NCBI RefSeq assembly: GCF_009914755.1
Contig: NC_060941.1
Reading direction: 5' to 3' (one strand)
DNA from: the human T2T-CHM13v2.0 reference genome, Homo sapiens
DNA: 64,000 bases
This document shows, in pieces, positions 24,032 through 41,645 of the stretch. The position numbers and the translations under genes are program-made. Positions within the stretch are counted from its first letter, which is position 1. Each line of letters opens with the position of its first letter. Under the pieces are notes generated by a model, which saw only the letters and a program-made list of their open reading frames with translations, ran no database searches and was not told the origin of the DNA.

Positions 24032-24794
24032 TCAAAAAACTCAAATGATGGCTTTAACTCCAGATGTAAGGATGGAAAAAAAAGTGCCTTAGCTCCATCC
24101 CAAAGTAAACATAAAATTTGCAGGGAAACAGAAAGGAAAAGAAACAGCAAAAGTATCCAGGAGATAAGCCTAGGGAAAAGTCAAAGGTCGGAGAGTGGTA
24201 GATACTGCCGGCTAAGAGTTTAGACCAAGACAGCTCAGGAGGCAATAAAACAGGTCACCAAAGAGCATCAGACATGCCAAATAGCCCAGACAACTGAAAA
24301 AGGAGCTGCCCGCCCACCTATCACAAGAGGAGCCTGGGGCCAAAAAGTATCAAATATGCCGAGCAGACCATACACTTCTGGTGCACAGCTGGGTTTAAAG
24401 AAGAAAGAATTTATGGTGTGAAAGACAATACGACAATATGCAAATCCTGCTGTTGAACCTAAATCCAAAAAGAAAAAGAAAATGATGATACTTTTTTAAC
24501 CTTAAGAAACTTAGCTATACCGGCAATAATAAAAATTGTCAATAATCCTAATAAAAATATGTGGTCTACAAAGTGTTTCCATAAACAGTTTTCCATGCTT
24601 CCTTTGGCAAGTTTATAAAGTAAGTAGAGAAGACACGGTTATCTCCACTCTACCTTTGGGGCAACTAAAGCTAGGAGAAGCCACATGTCTTATCCAAAGA
24701 CACAGAGCTATTAAGGTCGTAAATGTCAGAGCTAGAATCCAGGTTCTGGTAAGTGAGTCTCAACCTAGCTCATTGGAGGCTCATCACCTGTAGA

Positions 24795-24928
24795 GCTTCT
24801 AAAACTCCCAGTGACCAGGCTGAATCCCAGATCAATCAAATCAGACTCCCTGAGAGCAGACTCAAGCCTCAAAAAATTGTTTAAGTTCCCTGGGTGATTT
24901 CAAACACAGCCAAGGTTGAGAACCACTG
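24795..24928. mobile_element. MER5A-like fragment
   Basis: aagttccctgggtgatttcaaacacagccaaggttgagaaccactg. Confidence 0.55.
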
Positions 24929-25377
24929 TCCTGCCGTGTGTCTGATGATGATGACAGAGCACCTGGAAATAATTTGAAAGCCACATGGAAATGTTTAAGG
25001 GGAGGTATAGCTACAACGATTGAGATTTTTATGGTTTAAAAAACATGGCAGAATTTACAGATCCTATAAATTTTGCCTCCAGCCAGAATTTTTCTTTATT
25101 CCAGGATGCCATCTCTAGTCAAAGCACGTTTAGAAAGTTCTGTTTTGTTAATGTCTGTATCTTTTTAATATCCAGTTTGCTGATAACAAACCTTTGTCCT
25201 TTGAGGATAGGTTTGACTTTTTTGAAGCTGTTCAAAGAGAAACCTTGTGAGTGACGTAGACAATCAATTTGGATCATTTTTAAAACCACCTCCATAGGAT
25301 TGTGACTCATAATTGAATCTAAAGGCAGTTCCTGAAGAGACTTGCCAAAAATTAGTGGGAATCTGTGCATAGGGTTC

Positions 25378-25475
25378 AACAATGTGAATGTACTTAATGC
25401 CCCTGAATTGTACATTAAAAATGGCTAAAATGGTAAATTTTATGTTGTACATATTTTACCACAATAAAAATAAAA
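25378..25475 (+). mobile_element. L1M 3'-end fragment
   Basis: gaatgtacttaatgcccctgaattgtacattaaaaatggctaaaatggtaaattttatgttgtacatattttaccacaataaaa. Confidence 0.7.
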
Positions 25476-25477
25476 TC

Positions 25478-25883
25478 AGAGGTCTGGCAAGGTTACGTTT
25501 CTCTTTAAAGGGTCTAGAGGAGAATCCTTGCTTTTTCCAAGGTCTAGAGATGACCTGCATTCTTTGGCTCATGACCCACTTCCTCCATCTTCAAATCCTG
25601 CAAGGACAAGGCAGGTTCTTCTCACATCACATCACTCTGACCTGGGTCCATAGTTTCATCACCTTCTCACTCTTCTGCCTCCCTCTTCCACTTTTAAGAA
25701 CCCTGAGTCCACCTGATAATCCGAGATAATCTCCCTATCGTAAAGTCAGCTGATTAGCAACTTTAATTCCATCTGCAACTTCGATTTCCTTTTTTATGTA
25801 ATCTAACATATTCCCAGGTTCCAGGAATTAGAACATGAACATTTTGATGAGGGATGGAGGGGACAATTATTCTGTCTACCACA
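25478..25883 (-). mobile_element. MLT1 (MaLR) LTR fragment
   Basis: gataatctccctatcgtaaagtcagctgattagcaactttaattccatctgcaac...attctgtctaccaca. Confidence 0.7.
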
Positions 25884-26187
25884 GGAGCTATTAGCAGTAC
25901 TTTTGTATTATTGTAAAATAATATACATAAGCAGGATGTGGAATAAAGAAACAAGCAACATGAGAGAGAGCCTCTGGACTGAGCTTGACCTTGGGTTTGG
26001 AGGAAATCACAGACACAGGGTGAATCATAGTAGAGACAGAGTTCCAGGTCAGAGGTTTCTCACAAGCCAAGCAGCAAAGCACAAATCCAAATCCATCCTG
26101 GAACTTGAGTTTTAAAAAGAAGAATCAAGGGAGAAATTATGGTGGAGAGAATCATCGCTTTATGAAAACAAACAAAAATATATTTTT

Positions 26188-26220
26188 TATATATATTTAT
26201 ATATATATATATATACATAT
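26188..26220. repeat. (TA)n microsatellite
   Basis: Direct reading. Confidence 0.8.
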
Positions 26221-27270
26221 AAAATTCCGATTCACTTGATCATTTTAGGACACAGGACTATGTTTCACCCAGGTGGAGTCTGATACCCGCTGGGAAAGCC
26301 TGGTGTGGTGGGAAAAGTCAGAGACCTCTGATCCCTTCAGATCAAAATGGCCCTCTATGTTTTCGGGAGGTCTATGCTTAAACACTTCCATGGGTCTTCA
26401 TGAGAGTCAAAGAAAGATGCCCTTTCTTGATAAACACCAATGCCATTGGGTACCAGCATTGTCCCTTTCGGTACTCAGAGTTCCTTCTAGCACCCACCAG
26501 CTGTTCACAGTGCCAGGGGACTGGGCCTTATAAGAGCACTACTTGGGGACTAGTTTTTTAACAAATTATCAGTAAGTTGCAGTCAGGAACTGTGTGTTTC
26601 TTCATGTGTCTCTACCCATCCCACCACCCAGCGTCTGCACAGAGTAGGTATTCAACAGGTACTGGTTGGATTGAATTGAGAAAGGCCAAAGGATCAAATA
26701 AAGAGTTGACGGGGTCTCTAAGACCTGGAGTCGAGGAGGGAGGACAGAAGCTGGAAGCCCAGGCTGATAATGATCAACCCACACAAGGGAAAGGAGGAAT
26801 TCCTGGGTATAGCAGGGCAGGTCAGAGGGTTTCTTCGCTGGGAAATGCCTGGACCACCAATAACCCAGAATAATACAGCACTGAACCTGAAACTCCTGCT
26901 GAAAGAACATGAGTTTTCCAGAGCTTCTTTCCAGCCCGCAGCTCATGCCTCCTCCATTCAGAATAGGATACAAGCAGCTCTGGGAGATGTCCAAGTTAGA
27001 AGGGAAATCCAAGAATAGCTAAGGGGAGATAGGGACTGCAGCACTCAGCACCTCCACCCTCCTTCCCACTGGCCTGCCTGCCTCGCTCCTGGGTCCAGGG
27101 CACCAGATTCACCATCTTCCCCTGAGGCATGAAACTGCTCTGGTATCCAAGAGTCAGGCCATTATATGGCCTGTCTTTCAAGTGGCTTTTTATAGCGTAC
27201 TCAGGTGATGAGCACGTTGAAACAAATGAATACAAATGAAAAAGGCATCTGCTTTGCCAAGGAAATGATA

Positions 27271-27276
27271 TTTATT
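27271..27276 (-). terminator. KRT31 poly(A) signal AATAAA
   Basis: tttatt on + strand about 270 nt past the stop codon. Confidence 0.65.
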
Positions 27277-27544
27277 AGGAGGTTAAAAGGGAGGGCCACT
27301 GGCACATCAGAGAGTTCTCTGGGTGAGCATAGGAAGGAACAGACCCCCAGGAAGGAAAGGGTGAGCAGGACAGTCTGGAGTAGTTGGGGAGGCTACAGGC
27401 TTTGGGTGAGTTTCTTGGCTGCCTTACGCGGGCAACTCCAGCCATGCAAATGATGTTTTCAGGCCCCTTTTGTTGAACCAGAGCCAGGTCACAGCTCTGG
27501 AGTCCTGGGCCCTGCATCCTTGCTCCTCTGGCATTCCCTAGGTT

Positions 27545-31068
<3,524 letters not shown>

Positions 31069-31160
31069 AGTGCTGGGAGGGAGGGAGGGAGTGCCTGGCT
31101 GAAGACAGAGTCTAAATTCTCCAAGCCACAGAGCTGTGGGTCTCCTTCCTCTAGGGAGCA

Positions 31161-31418
31161 TTTATATCCCACTGCAGAGGGTGTGGACACAGTATGTAAT
31201 GTCTTTTTTCTTTTTATTTCTTCACTTCTTTTCAAACGCCCTTTCCTTCAGTCTGTTATTTGCCTTCCTCTGAAGAGTCCCTTCTCCCATAAAATTCTTT
31301 ACTTGGGCTTCTTGCTAAGTCAGGACTCCTCCGCAGACAGTCCACCCATGAAATCAGAGTTCTGTGGTAGGCCTTCAAAGAGGCTACACAGTCCAGCCCA
31401 AGTATCTGCCCTCATTAA
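31161..31418 (-). promoter_or_regulatory. KRT31 proximal promoter: TATAAA 31166-31161, CACCC 31179-31186, TTTTATGGG ~31286-31294, LEF1 CTTTGAAG 31380-31373, TTAATGAG 31411-31418
   Basis: Motifs read directly. Confidence 0.7.
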
Positions 31419-31877
31419 TTGAGGTGTTGATCCATCCGATGACATTCTTTTGTGTCACATAATTCTGCAGGCCCATAAACATACTCATGTCCTGGTCCAC
31501 CTGCCGTTTCTAGGGAGAAACACGGATTGATTTGAGGAAGAAGTTGCATTAAGAGGCCACAGTGGACTGTCTTTCCCTCTGCATTTAGAGAAGAATCTTC
31601 AAATGATGGAGCATTCTGTGCCTTGGAAGCCTTAAGGTGGATGATTAGAATCAATGGAGGACACGACTGAAAAGATTAGACAGCGATTTGTGTTTTACGG
31701 GTCCGTGTAATACTTCCCCCCCACCACCACATATTACTTAAGAAAATTGTAGAGGAGAGAATTTTAAAGGTAGAGGCTTTGATAACTAGTTGGAGAACAA
31801 GAAGTTTCTGGGGTAAGAGATCGTTTTGAAAGAGGCTGAAAAGTGCAAACCGAGAGAGCCATAAAAAACACATTTAA

Positions 31878-32187
<310 letters not shown>

Positions 32188-32418
32188 TTAAATAATCTAG
32201 GAAAGATATTCAGGGGCAGAGAGAAAGGAATAAGGAGGTCTTTGTCAAACATTTCCTAAGGTTATCCATAGTATCCGAACAGAGTAGATGGATATGTTAG
32301 GAAAGTCAGGAGATAGCCCAAAGGGGCCTCCATGGCCTGAAATCACTTGTAGTTGATCTTTAAACTTCATATGAATTGACCCTATATTCCATAATATATC
32401 CATGTTGGCTTTAATCTT

Positions 32419-32420
32419 TA

Positions 32421-32454
<34 letters not shown>

Positions 32455-32737
32455 TTCAGATGGAGTCTTGCTCTGTCACCCAGGCTGGAGTGCAGTGGAG
32501 CGATCTCGGCTCACTGCAAGCTCCGCCTCCCAGATTCATGCCATTCTCCTGCCTCAGCCTCCTGAGTAGCTAGGACTACAGGTGCCCACCACCACGCCCG
32601 GCTAATTTTTTGTATTTTTAGTAGAGATGGAGTTTCACCGTGTTAGCAAGGATGGTCTCAATCTCCTGACCTCGTGATCCACCCGCCTCAGCCTCCCAAA
32701 GTGCTGGGATTACAGGCGTGAGCCACCGCGCCCAGCC
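32419..32737 (-). mobile_element. AluY-like with (TA)n/poly-T tail
   Basis: AluY-type diagnostics caagctccgcctccc and gccattctcctg; TSD GCTTTAAT. Confidence 0.88.
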
Positions 32738-34985
32738 AGCTTTAATGTTTTTAAAAAGCCCCTTTTAAATTTCCAGTTAAACTTTCAAATACTTTGCTTA
32801 ATTCTCTAAGAGAAATGGATACATCAGGAAGATGTACCATATTCTGTCCTGGGCTTCCCATCTCCAGCCCGAGTGGAGATGCCACCTGCTTTAAGAACCA
32901 AAGGTCTAAAGGTACCAAAGGAGGTCTCTGTGGTTGTGTAATTAAATCCAAGGACCTGGGCACCAGGAAAGAAAATGCTGAGCACGGCATGAGCAAGGGG
33001 GTTTTGCAAGGCAAGCTGGAGTCATTTGGGGTTGCTTTGGGAGGTGAAGGAAGGCACTAGAAGATCTGAGGAAGAGGTAGCCAAAGTTCTGAATATATAA
33101 AAGTTGCAGCACCCCCATCTCCACTGTGGCTTTGGCTGCCAGCCAGAGCTGCCGTTTTATTGACAATTTATTGGAGTGCTTCTCCCATTGAGCTTTCATG
33201 ATGGTATTCATGTTGCACTCTGCTTGAGTCTCAGATAAAAGGTCCTTCATCTACACTCCCCAAGACCATTATCACTGCTTATTATAATGCCATTCAGATG
33301 AAAAGCCCCACAGCACTACAAAGAAGATCTAGACTTATAATAAAATCAATACTTTCGTTTCCTTACAAGACAATTAAAGGGGGAGAAATAGGCGGGTCTA
33401 CAGACTGTTACTCCTGAGACTCTCCAGAGGAAGGACGCAAGGCTAGGTGGCAGCTGTCTGTGGGGAGCTTCTGTCTCATTTCATCTGGGCTTGGGATGAA
33501 TGGAAAGGCTCGTGCATCTGATTGATGAGCACTAGCTTGTAGATGACAGCATAGGCCTTCTGCTTCCTAACTCTTGTCAGCCTGCTCCAAGCACTGGCTT
33601 TCCAGCAAGCAGCTATTTCCTCAGCCCTTTCTTCTTCCCCAGTCAGGCAGGCTTTAACCTAAGCCCAAACTAAATGCCAGCAGTATTCTCCAAGCTCTTG
33701 ATTCCTATCTACTGATTGGCTGGCATAGCCTCATGGAGACTGTAGTCAAAGAAGAGTGTTTAGGCTCTAAGTATGAGAAGATTCAAGGATTGTATTGACA
33801 AGAGAGCAAACATAGAATTTTTGTACAATGCAGAGAGATCAGAGAAATGGAAAGAGACGGAGACCAGGAGAGACAACAAGAAAAAGAAGAGACAAGGAAA
33901 AAAGTTGGGAGGAATCCTCAGCATCATGCAGCAAATCAGACAAAGTTAGCCCAGCTTCCGAGGGGCTAACCTGGAAAATGCAAAGCTGAGAAGAAGCCAA
34001 GACAAAATAAGCCAATAGACTGAGGAGTGGCCCACCGTGCTGAGTGTCCTGCAAGGCGTAAATGGAGTTGACTCATAAAAGATCTATGGACACAGGACTA
34101 CAGCTTCTGAGGCCTCTGAAAGAAGTGACATTGTTCCAAGCTGTCCAGACCGAAGCATCACCTCTGTGATCAAGCTTGAGATTGTTTGTGGCTGAGAAAT
34201 ATACTGCCATCTACACACAGGCAGTGTAAAGTCTAAAAGGAGCGACACTGCCTGTTCCTGAAGGAATAAGAAGTGGGAAGAGAAGAAAGGAGAAATGAAG
34301 CAGGGAGAGTCAGTCCTGCACTGGCTGCAGGTCATGGCCAGTCAGCAGCCACACAGAAGATGTAGGAGAGAACAAGAAACCCCTGTTATCTTCTGGTTAC
34401 TCCTAGATATTCCTTTTTCTACCTGCTGGTTGCCCTGCAGAATGTGAAATGGCACAAGAATTCAAGATGGGGACCACAGACAGACTAGCTGGTGAGTAAA
34501 CACAATGCTGCCATCTCTTGTGAATCTAGCCTCTTTCTTGCAGTGTTTTCAAGATCTCAATGGGCTTGAGTGAATTTGCTCCTTGAATTAGTGGGGAAAA
34601 TGGGACCCCAGGGTTGTAAGATCCCCATGACCTCACACAGGCGAGGGGTAGAATTCATGTATTCTCTTGGTTTCCTAGTTGGAATATTTGCAAATTTTTT
34701 TCATTCAAGGAGAAATTGAGCAGTCAATGGGCTATCAAACCCACATTCATTATCCAGTTCAATTTAATTCAGAACACATTGATTAGACAGCTTCTCTATG
34801 CTGAGCATATGACTAAACAGAAGAATCATAGTTCTGGTGAAAAAAATGTCTTTTTATGAACAATTCCGGCCAAGATGGGTCCTCAATATGTATGAGAAAT
34901 AGCCAGAAGTTAAGGAAAGGAGATATTTAGAAGGTGTAAGATGGGCATTTAGAAATATGTTTGTATTCAGTGTAAATAGAAAACG

Positions 34986-35480
<495 letters not shown>

Positions 35481-37119
35481 GAAAACTGTACATGTGACAT
35501 TATGGGCATTAGTCACTTGTTGAACATCTACTGTGTGCTTGGCACAGTCCCAGGGGCAGGGGACATGGTGGGGAGTGGGGGTATGTCATGTCCCTGCCCC
35601 CAGGAACTCTGAGTCCTGCTGAGCAGACAGGTCCACAGCTAGCATAATGTAATGTGATTGGGCCTTCCCCCAAAAATATCTCCTTCCCCTACCCACTCCA
35701 TTTCTTCCTACACCCACCCCTGACCCAAACCCCATTCAGGGCATTCCAATCCAGCTCATGATTTTCAGCCACACGGCGAGGGGATGAAGCCATTTCAGGT
35801 TATGCACTTGATCCCAAAGAGTTTTTTGTGCTTCGCTCTCTAAGTGACTCATAAGCAGAATTCAGAGAACTGTTCTCATTAGAATCTTGTTCCCTTTAAT
35901 AATCTAGTCTTCAGCCAGGCAGGGTAATGAATTGTTTTGGCATCTGGTTCTTGTTGCTTTGGAGACCACAGGAGAGGCGGTGGTGATGGCCCATCGCTTC
36001 AGCCCTGTGGCATCCCCACAGGATCCATGGGCATCAAGGTAAGTTTCAAAGCAAATGAAAGAGGCTTTTGCCAGGTGCAGCATAGGAAATCATTCCAGGG
36101 ATGTGGTGTGGGCAGAAAAAGAAAAGCACCTACAGTAAATCAAGCAAATTGACAGAGGAAATAGAAAGGGGAATAAGGCTGGTGGAGGGAAACGGAGGGA
36201 GCACGCAGTCCTGCTGGTGAGTGGACACAGTTGTGCCCCCTTGAGACCAGAGAAACCTCCTGAGGGCAGAGGGCCTTGGAGACCAATGTGAATGACTGAG
36301 GCAGGTTGTATAGGATATCCAAGAACCAGGGAGGAAGGAAGGGAAAGGGAGGTTTGGATGCAATAACCAGCATCAAACGGGGGAGCCTCCAGGCAATGGC
36401 CAAAGGCCAGAAGCTGAGTCTAAAATGCTGATTGGGGACAGCACCGAGAAGGTCACCCCTAGGGAGATCCCAGACCCTAGGATACCTTTCCCGTAAAATC
36501 CATCCAGGATTTCAGAGTGGTCTGAACGTGAAGTTTTATCCACATGTACCTCCAGCAAGGCCCTCACAGTTGGGAACAGGGAAAGAGCAGGGAAAAAGAA
36601 ATGAGAAGACTTGGGGTTGAGTGCGTGGAGCTGCCCCTCACCTGCTGTGAGGTGCAGAGGGGGCATTTCACCTCCCTACACCTGTACTTCTCCCACTGCA
36701 CGATGGGGATTGTGATGTCTGTTCCCCTCTCTCAAGGTTGTTTGGGGCCTCCATTTGGATACAACACAAAGTACTTTAACAAGTGTTTTGTAAATGGTGA
36801 AACAATGAACATCTATAGGGATTCTGTTTCCCTCCTCCTCTTTCTCAATAGACAAGGTGGTTTTAAAATGGCAGGAAGTGAGTTGAGCTTCTTTGTCAAC
36901 TCCTAGTTTATTAAAATTGCCAGAGTCCTCAAGCTTCAAGATCCTGTGAGATACTAAAGGACTTTTATTCCTTGTACCACCCTTTGTGGCATAAATTCTC
37001 AGAAACGTTTCTTCTAACATAAACATACTCATTTCCTTCAAGGAAAGGAATCAAAACAATGGGGTCATTATGATTCTATCATCCTTTTGACAAAATCTGA
37101 GACTTGGCCTCTGTAAAGC

Positions 37120-37350
37120 ACAGTAGTTAAGAGCACAGTTGCTGGAGGCAGGCTGCTTGGATCTGAATCCTGGCTTCACCACCTAATAGCTGTGTGACCT
37201 TGGGCATGTTACTTAGCCTCTCTGAGTCTTGGCTACTTGTCTGCAAAATGAGAAAACCATAGCATTGGCTTTCTAGGATTGTTGTAATGATTAAATGAGT
37301 TTACCCATATGACTGTAGCTATAATTTAGACCAGCGCCTGGCTCATAGTA
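37120..37350 (+). mobile_element. MIR
   Basis: tgaatcctggcttcaccacctaatagctgtgtgaccttgggcatgttacttagcctctctgagtc. Confidence 0.75.
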
Positions 37351-37379
37351 AGAGCTTGATGGATATATGGTTCTATGAC

Positions 37380-37456
37380 AATGATGATGATGGTGAAGCT
37401 ATATGATTTGATGATGATGATGATGATGATTCTGGTGATGGTGATGGTAATGATGA
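37380..37456. repeat. (TGA/TGG)n imperfect trinucleotide repeat
   Basis: Direct reading. Confidence 0.8.
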
Positions 37457-38530
37457 CCTCTGTGGTTTCCAGGGAAACTCTTCACACACGACAAACACAC
37501 AGATGTGCGTGCACACACACACATGTACTGTCTCATCAAAGCTAATCTTTTAATTAGAAATGAGAGAGCACTGGATGTGAACTTAAGAAACACAGGTCAA
37601 TCACCCTGGGGCCCCACTGACTCACTTTATGTCACCAGCAGAATCCCTTAACCACTGAATGACTCACCTTCTCTCTCTCTCCCTTAAATGGGAAGGACAA
37701 TGCTTGCCTGTGCCGTCATGGTGCAAGAATAAGTGGGTTTATTTTGTTAGACAGCTTTGAACTTGTTGGATGAAAGGAGCTATTTAAGTACAAAGGAGAT
37801 GAGGGCAGCTGGGTCAGGTACTAAATTAAGACTAATCGAGATGGCTCTTCATTATTGAGAGCTTCTCTTGGGTAGGTGCCCAAGGGGTGTGTCACGTGTG
37901 CCAAAACAGTTTTACCACTTGAGAAAAAGAACAGAGGAGGGGAGGGCGTGGCAGCCTCTGACCCTTCTTGGGCTTCCTATGCTGGAAATCCCAGTGTCTC
38001 TCAAGCAGATCAGTCCTATGTACATGAGCAGTGACCAACAAGTAGGACGCTGGGCTTGAGAGCAGTTGGAGGCAGAGCAACAAGATTCTCACTTAAGCTC
38101 CCTCCAGCCTTGGGGCTCGGGACTGTGGTCACTCCAGCACCACACCGCTGTATCAGGAAGACCTGGATTAAACCAGAACCAGCTGTACTTGTAAATTTTT
38201 CAGCAAACTACAGTGATTCAGAGAATTCACAGAGGGAAAGGGAAGACCAAAACCAGCTCCTAAAGTAGATTTGGTGGTTCCACTTCAATGCCTGTGGTTT
38301 CACTGATCAATAAGACATAGAAAGCAGGGACGCACAGAGTTAGGGGGGCTACAGCCATCTCAACCAGCCCCATCAGTTCCCTAAGTGTTCCCCTCAACAT
38401 CCCCATCAGTGATTCTGAAGCCTCTGCTTGTCTCCAAGGATAGGGAACTCACTGCTTCTCTTCTCTGGCCAGCTGTGATGCTGAATTCTGGAGATGTGCT
38501 GATTCTCAGCCACGGCTATCAAAATATGGA

Positions 38531-39396
38531 GCTTTTGATTCATGTTCTACCATCTGCAAATTCCAAGACAGACAGTTGCCATAAGGACTCACCAATGGGG
38601 GTTACTGGGGAGGTTGGATGGGTCAGCTTGTTTGGGCCTTTCTAGACTGATAGAAATAACTATCATGTAACATTTTCAGAGTTTTGCAATGTAAAAGAGA
38701 AAGGCTCTATCCTGATCTGATGGTATGAGGGATTCCTCACTGGAGGACATATCAGGACGGCAAGGCCAGCCCTTTCTGTAGAGGGTCTAGCTAGTCAAGG
38801 GCTCATTCCTCAAATAAACTTCCTAACCCAGTGTTTCTCAAACTTGAACCAACATCAGAATCACCTGCAAGTCATGCTAAAGCAGAATGCTGGTTCAGTA
38901 AGTCAGGGGTGGTGCTCAAGAATGTGCATGTCTAGCAAGTTCTCAGGTAATGCCAGTGCTACCTGCTGGCGGACCACGCTTTAAGAACCACTGTCCTAAA
39001 CCTTCTCATGTTTAATTTGTTTCCCCCTCAAAGCTTCCAAAGAACGGGCTTTGGATCTGGTTCAAAGAGACTAGGTTTCAAGTCTTGACTCAGTAACCAA
39101 CTGAGAATAATAACAGCTGCTTCTTCTTTGCAGGGCTGATGTGGTGCCCTGTGACACAATGTCGGCGAAGCCCCAGCCAGTGCCTTGTTCATAATGGGCA
39201 TGTCATCCTAAAAGCTCAATTTAAGTTACCTGTTCTGGGGCTTCTGATTCATGTTCTACTGTCTACAAATTCCAAGCCAGACAGCTGCCAGGACTTACCA
39301 GTGGAGCTTACTGGGGAGCTTGGACGGGTCAGGTTGTTTGGGCCTTTCTAGACTGATGGCGATTACCATCAGTTAATATTTTCAGAGTTTTGCAAC
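38531..39396. repeat. ~160-bp dispersed direct repeat (38531-38690 and 39240-39396)
   Basis: Shared blocks gattcatgttctac, aaattccaag, tgtttgggcctttctagactgat, attttcagagttttgcaa. Confidence 0.85.
38829..38993. mobile_element. MER5A-like element
   Basis: cagtgtttctcaaactt...catcagaatcacctg...ttaagaaccactg terminal inverted repeats. Confidence 0.7.
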
Positions 39397-39754
39397 GGTC
39401 TGTGGTGCCGCAGATTTGAGCTCTTCCTTTACACAAGGACCAGGTGGCTTATCCAGATAAAAGGGAAATTTTACTTAGCGTCTATATTTTAAAAGCTCTA
39501 TCTGTAAATCTGTCTCCAAATACACTTGGTGAGGTCCAAGGTTGGGTATCTCTCCTCTGTGCCACTTTGCCGCAGTCCCATTTTTAACTCTAGCCTTCAC
39601 TGGCTTTGCCATCTCCCAGAACCACTCTGGCGAGCCAGCCACAACCCCCGTCTACAGAAGCATGTGGCTCAAGGAGTTCCCAGCAAGGCTCTCAGCATGG
39701 GACGGAGATGCTGAGGCTGGACTGCACTGGGCTCATTCTGCTGCAGAAGTGAAG

Positions 39755-39760
39755 TTTAAT
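39755..39760 (-). terminator. Candidate KRT41P poly(A) signal ATTAAA
   Basis: tttaat on + strand about 280 nt past the ancestral stop codon. Confidence 0.4.
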
Positions 39761-40788
39761 AGCAAAATAAAAACAAAAGTGCCTGCCCCATCTCAGAGAG
39801 ATCAGGAGGCAACAGAAGAGAGAAAATGGAGCACTTGGGACACCTTGAGGGGAAGAAACAAATCCAGCCATAGGGGCTGAGCTGCTGGATTCAAACACCT
39901 ATCCACAGAGTGGCACTGTCTCTCTTCAGTCTCCTGCCTGGCTGGCCAGGGAGGCAAGGCCCAGGTTAGCAGGCCTGCAGAGCAAAGCCTAACGAGCTGA
40001 AGACACCTCCCCTTTCCCAGCACCTCGGGCTGAGGAGTGTGTCAGTATCCAGTTGATGAGCAGGGCCCATGGGTGGCCCGGGAGCAGGGGGCGCAGGCTG
40101 CAGGGGCTGGACTAGGAGTGCTGAAGGCTGGGGTTGCACACGGGTTGCAGGGAAATCTGCATAGAGAAAAAAGGTGTTTGAAACATTGGCATGAGAAGTA
40201 TGTGAAAGACAAAAGTATATTATAGACACTTTAGAATTAAAGTGCAAAAGAGGACCTTAGACCTTAGAGGTCCCTCTAAGCCTGAAAGGGGCAATGACGT
40301 GCCCACAGTCCACAGTGGAGCTGGGGCCAGAACTCAGTGTACCTGTGTGCCAGGCCAGGGTCACGTCCCATATGGAAGGAACACAGCAGAGAGAAAGGCA
40401 GAAAGGCCAGAGGAACAAGAATGGTCCAGATGTCAGCCACTGATTCCATTTAAACACAGCCCCTCATAGTGTTCCTTAGTGCTTAAAGGGGTATATCAGC
40501 CCTCTGATGCTTTTCACAGGGCTATTGTGGAACTAAAATGAAAGAGTCAGTGCACATGCCCTTAGCAATACTTTAAATGCTATGAGCACAAAGAATACTC
40601 GTTATTGGAATACTTCTCCTGGAGAGAATTTAGCAAAACCTGAATGTGCTGGGCATTCAGTATTTTAGCCCTCTATGGGAGTAGCCAGCAACTGGGAGCA
40701 CAACGTGGTCAGCAAAACAAATGCCATGACCTGAAAACTCCTGTACACCCTCACCTACGCCTAGGCAGGCATTAGCTCACCAGGCCTA

Positions 40789-41145
<357 letters not shown>

Positions 41146-41357
41146 CTATAATATCAAAGAAAGGAGGAAGCAAGTTAAAAATCATGGATCTCCAACCTCT
41201 TAAGATTGTGACACCCCAAGACATTGCCAGGTCCAGAGAGCAATCTAACTCCCTTTAGCTGTCTTCAGCCAGAATAACTAACACACTTCATGGTAGACCT
41301 TTAAGATCAGAGCCCTCTGACCTAAGTTAATGTTGATTCACTCAGCATCCACATCTA

Positions 41358-41645
<288 letters not shown>

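Noticed and set aside
24250-24482. Possible processed-pseudogene fragment ending in an A-rich run
   Set aside because: No recognisable protein similarity and no clear TSD; a BLAST search would be needed
37399-37593. His-rich ORF
   Set aside because: Product of the (TGA)n microsatellite read on the minus strand
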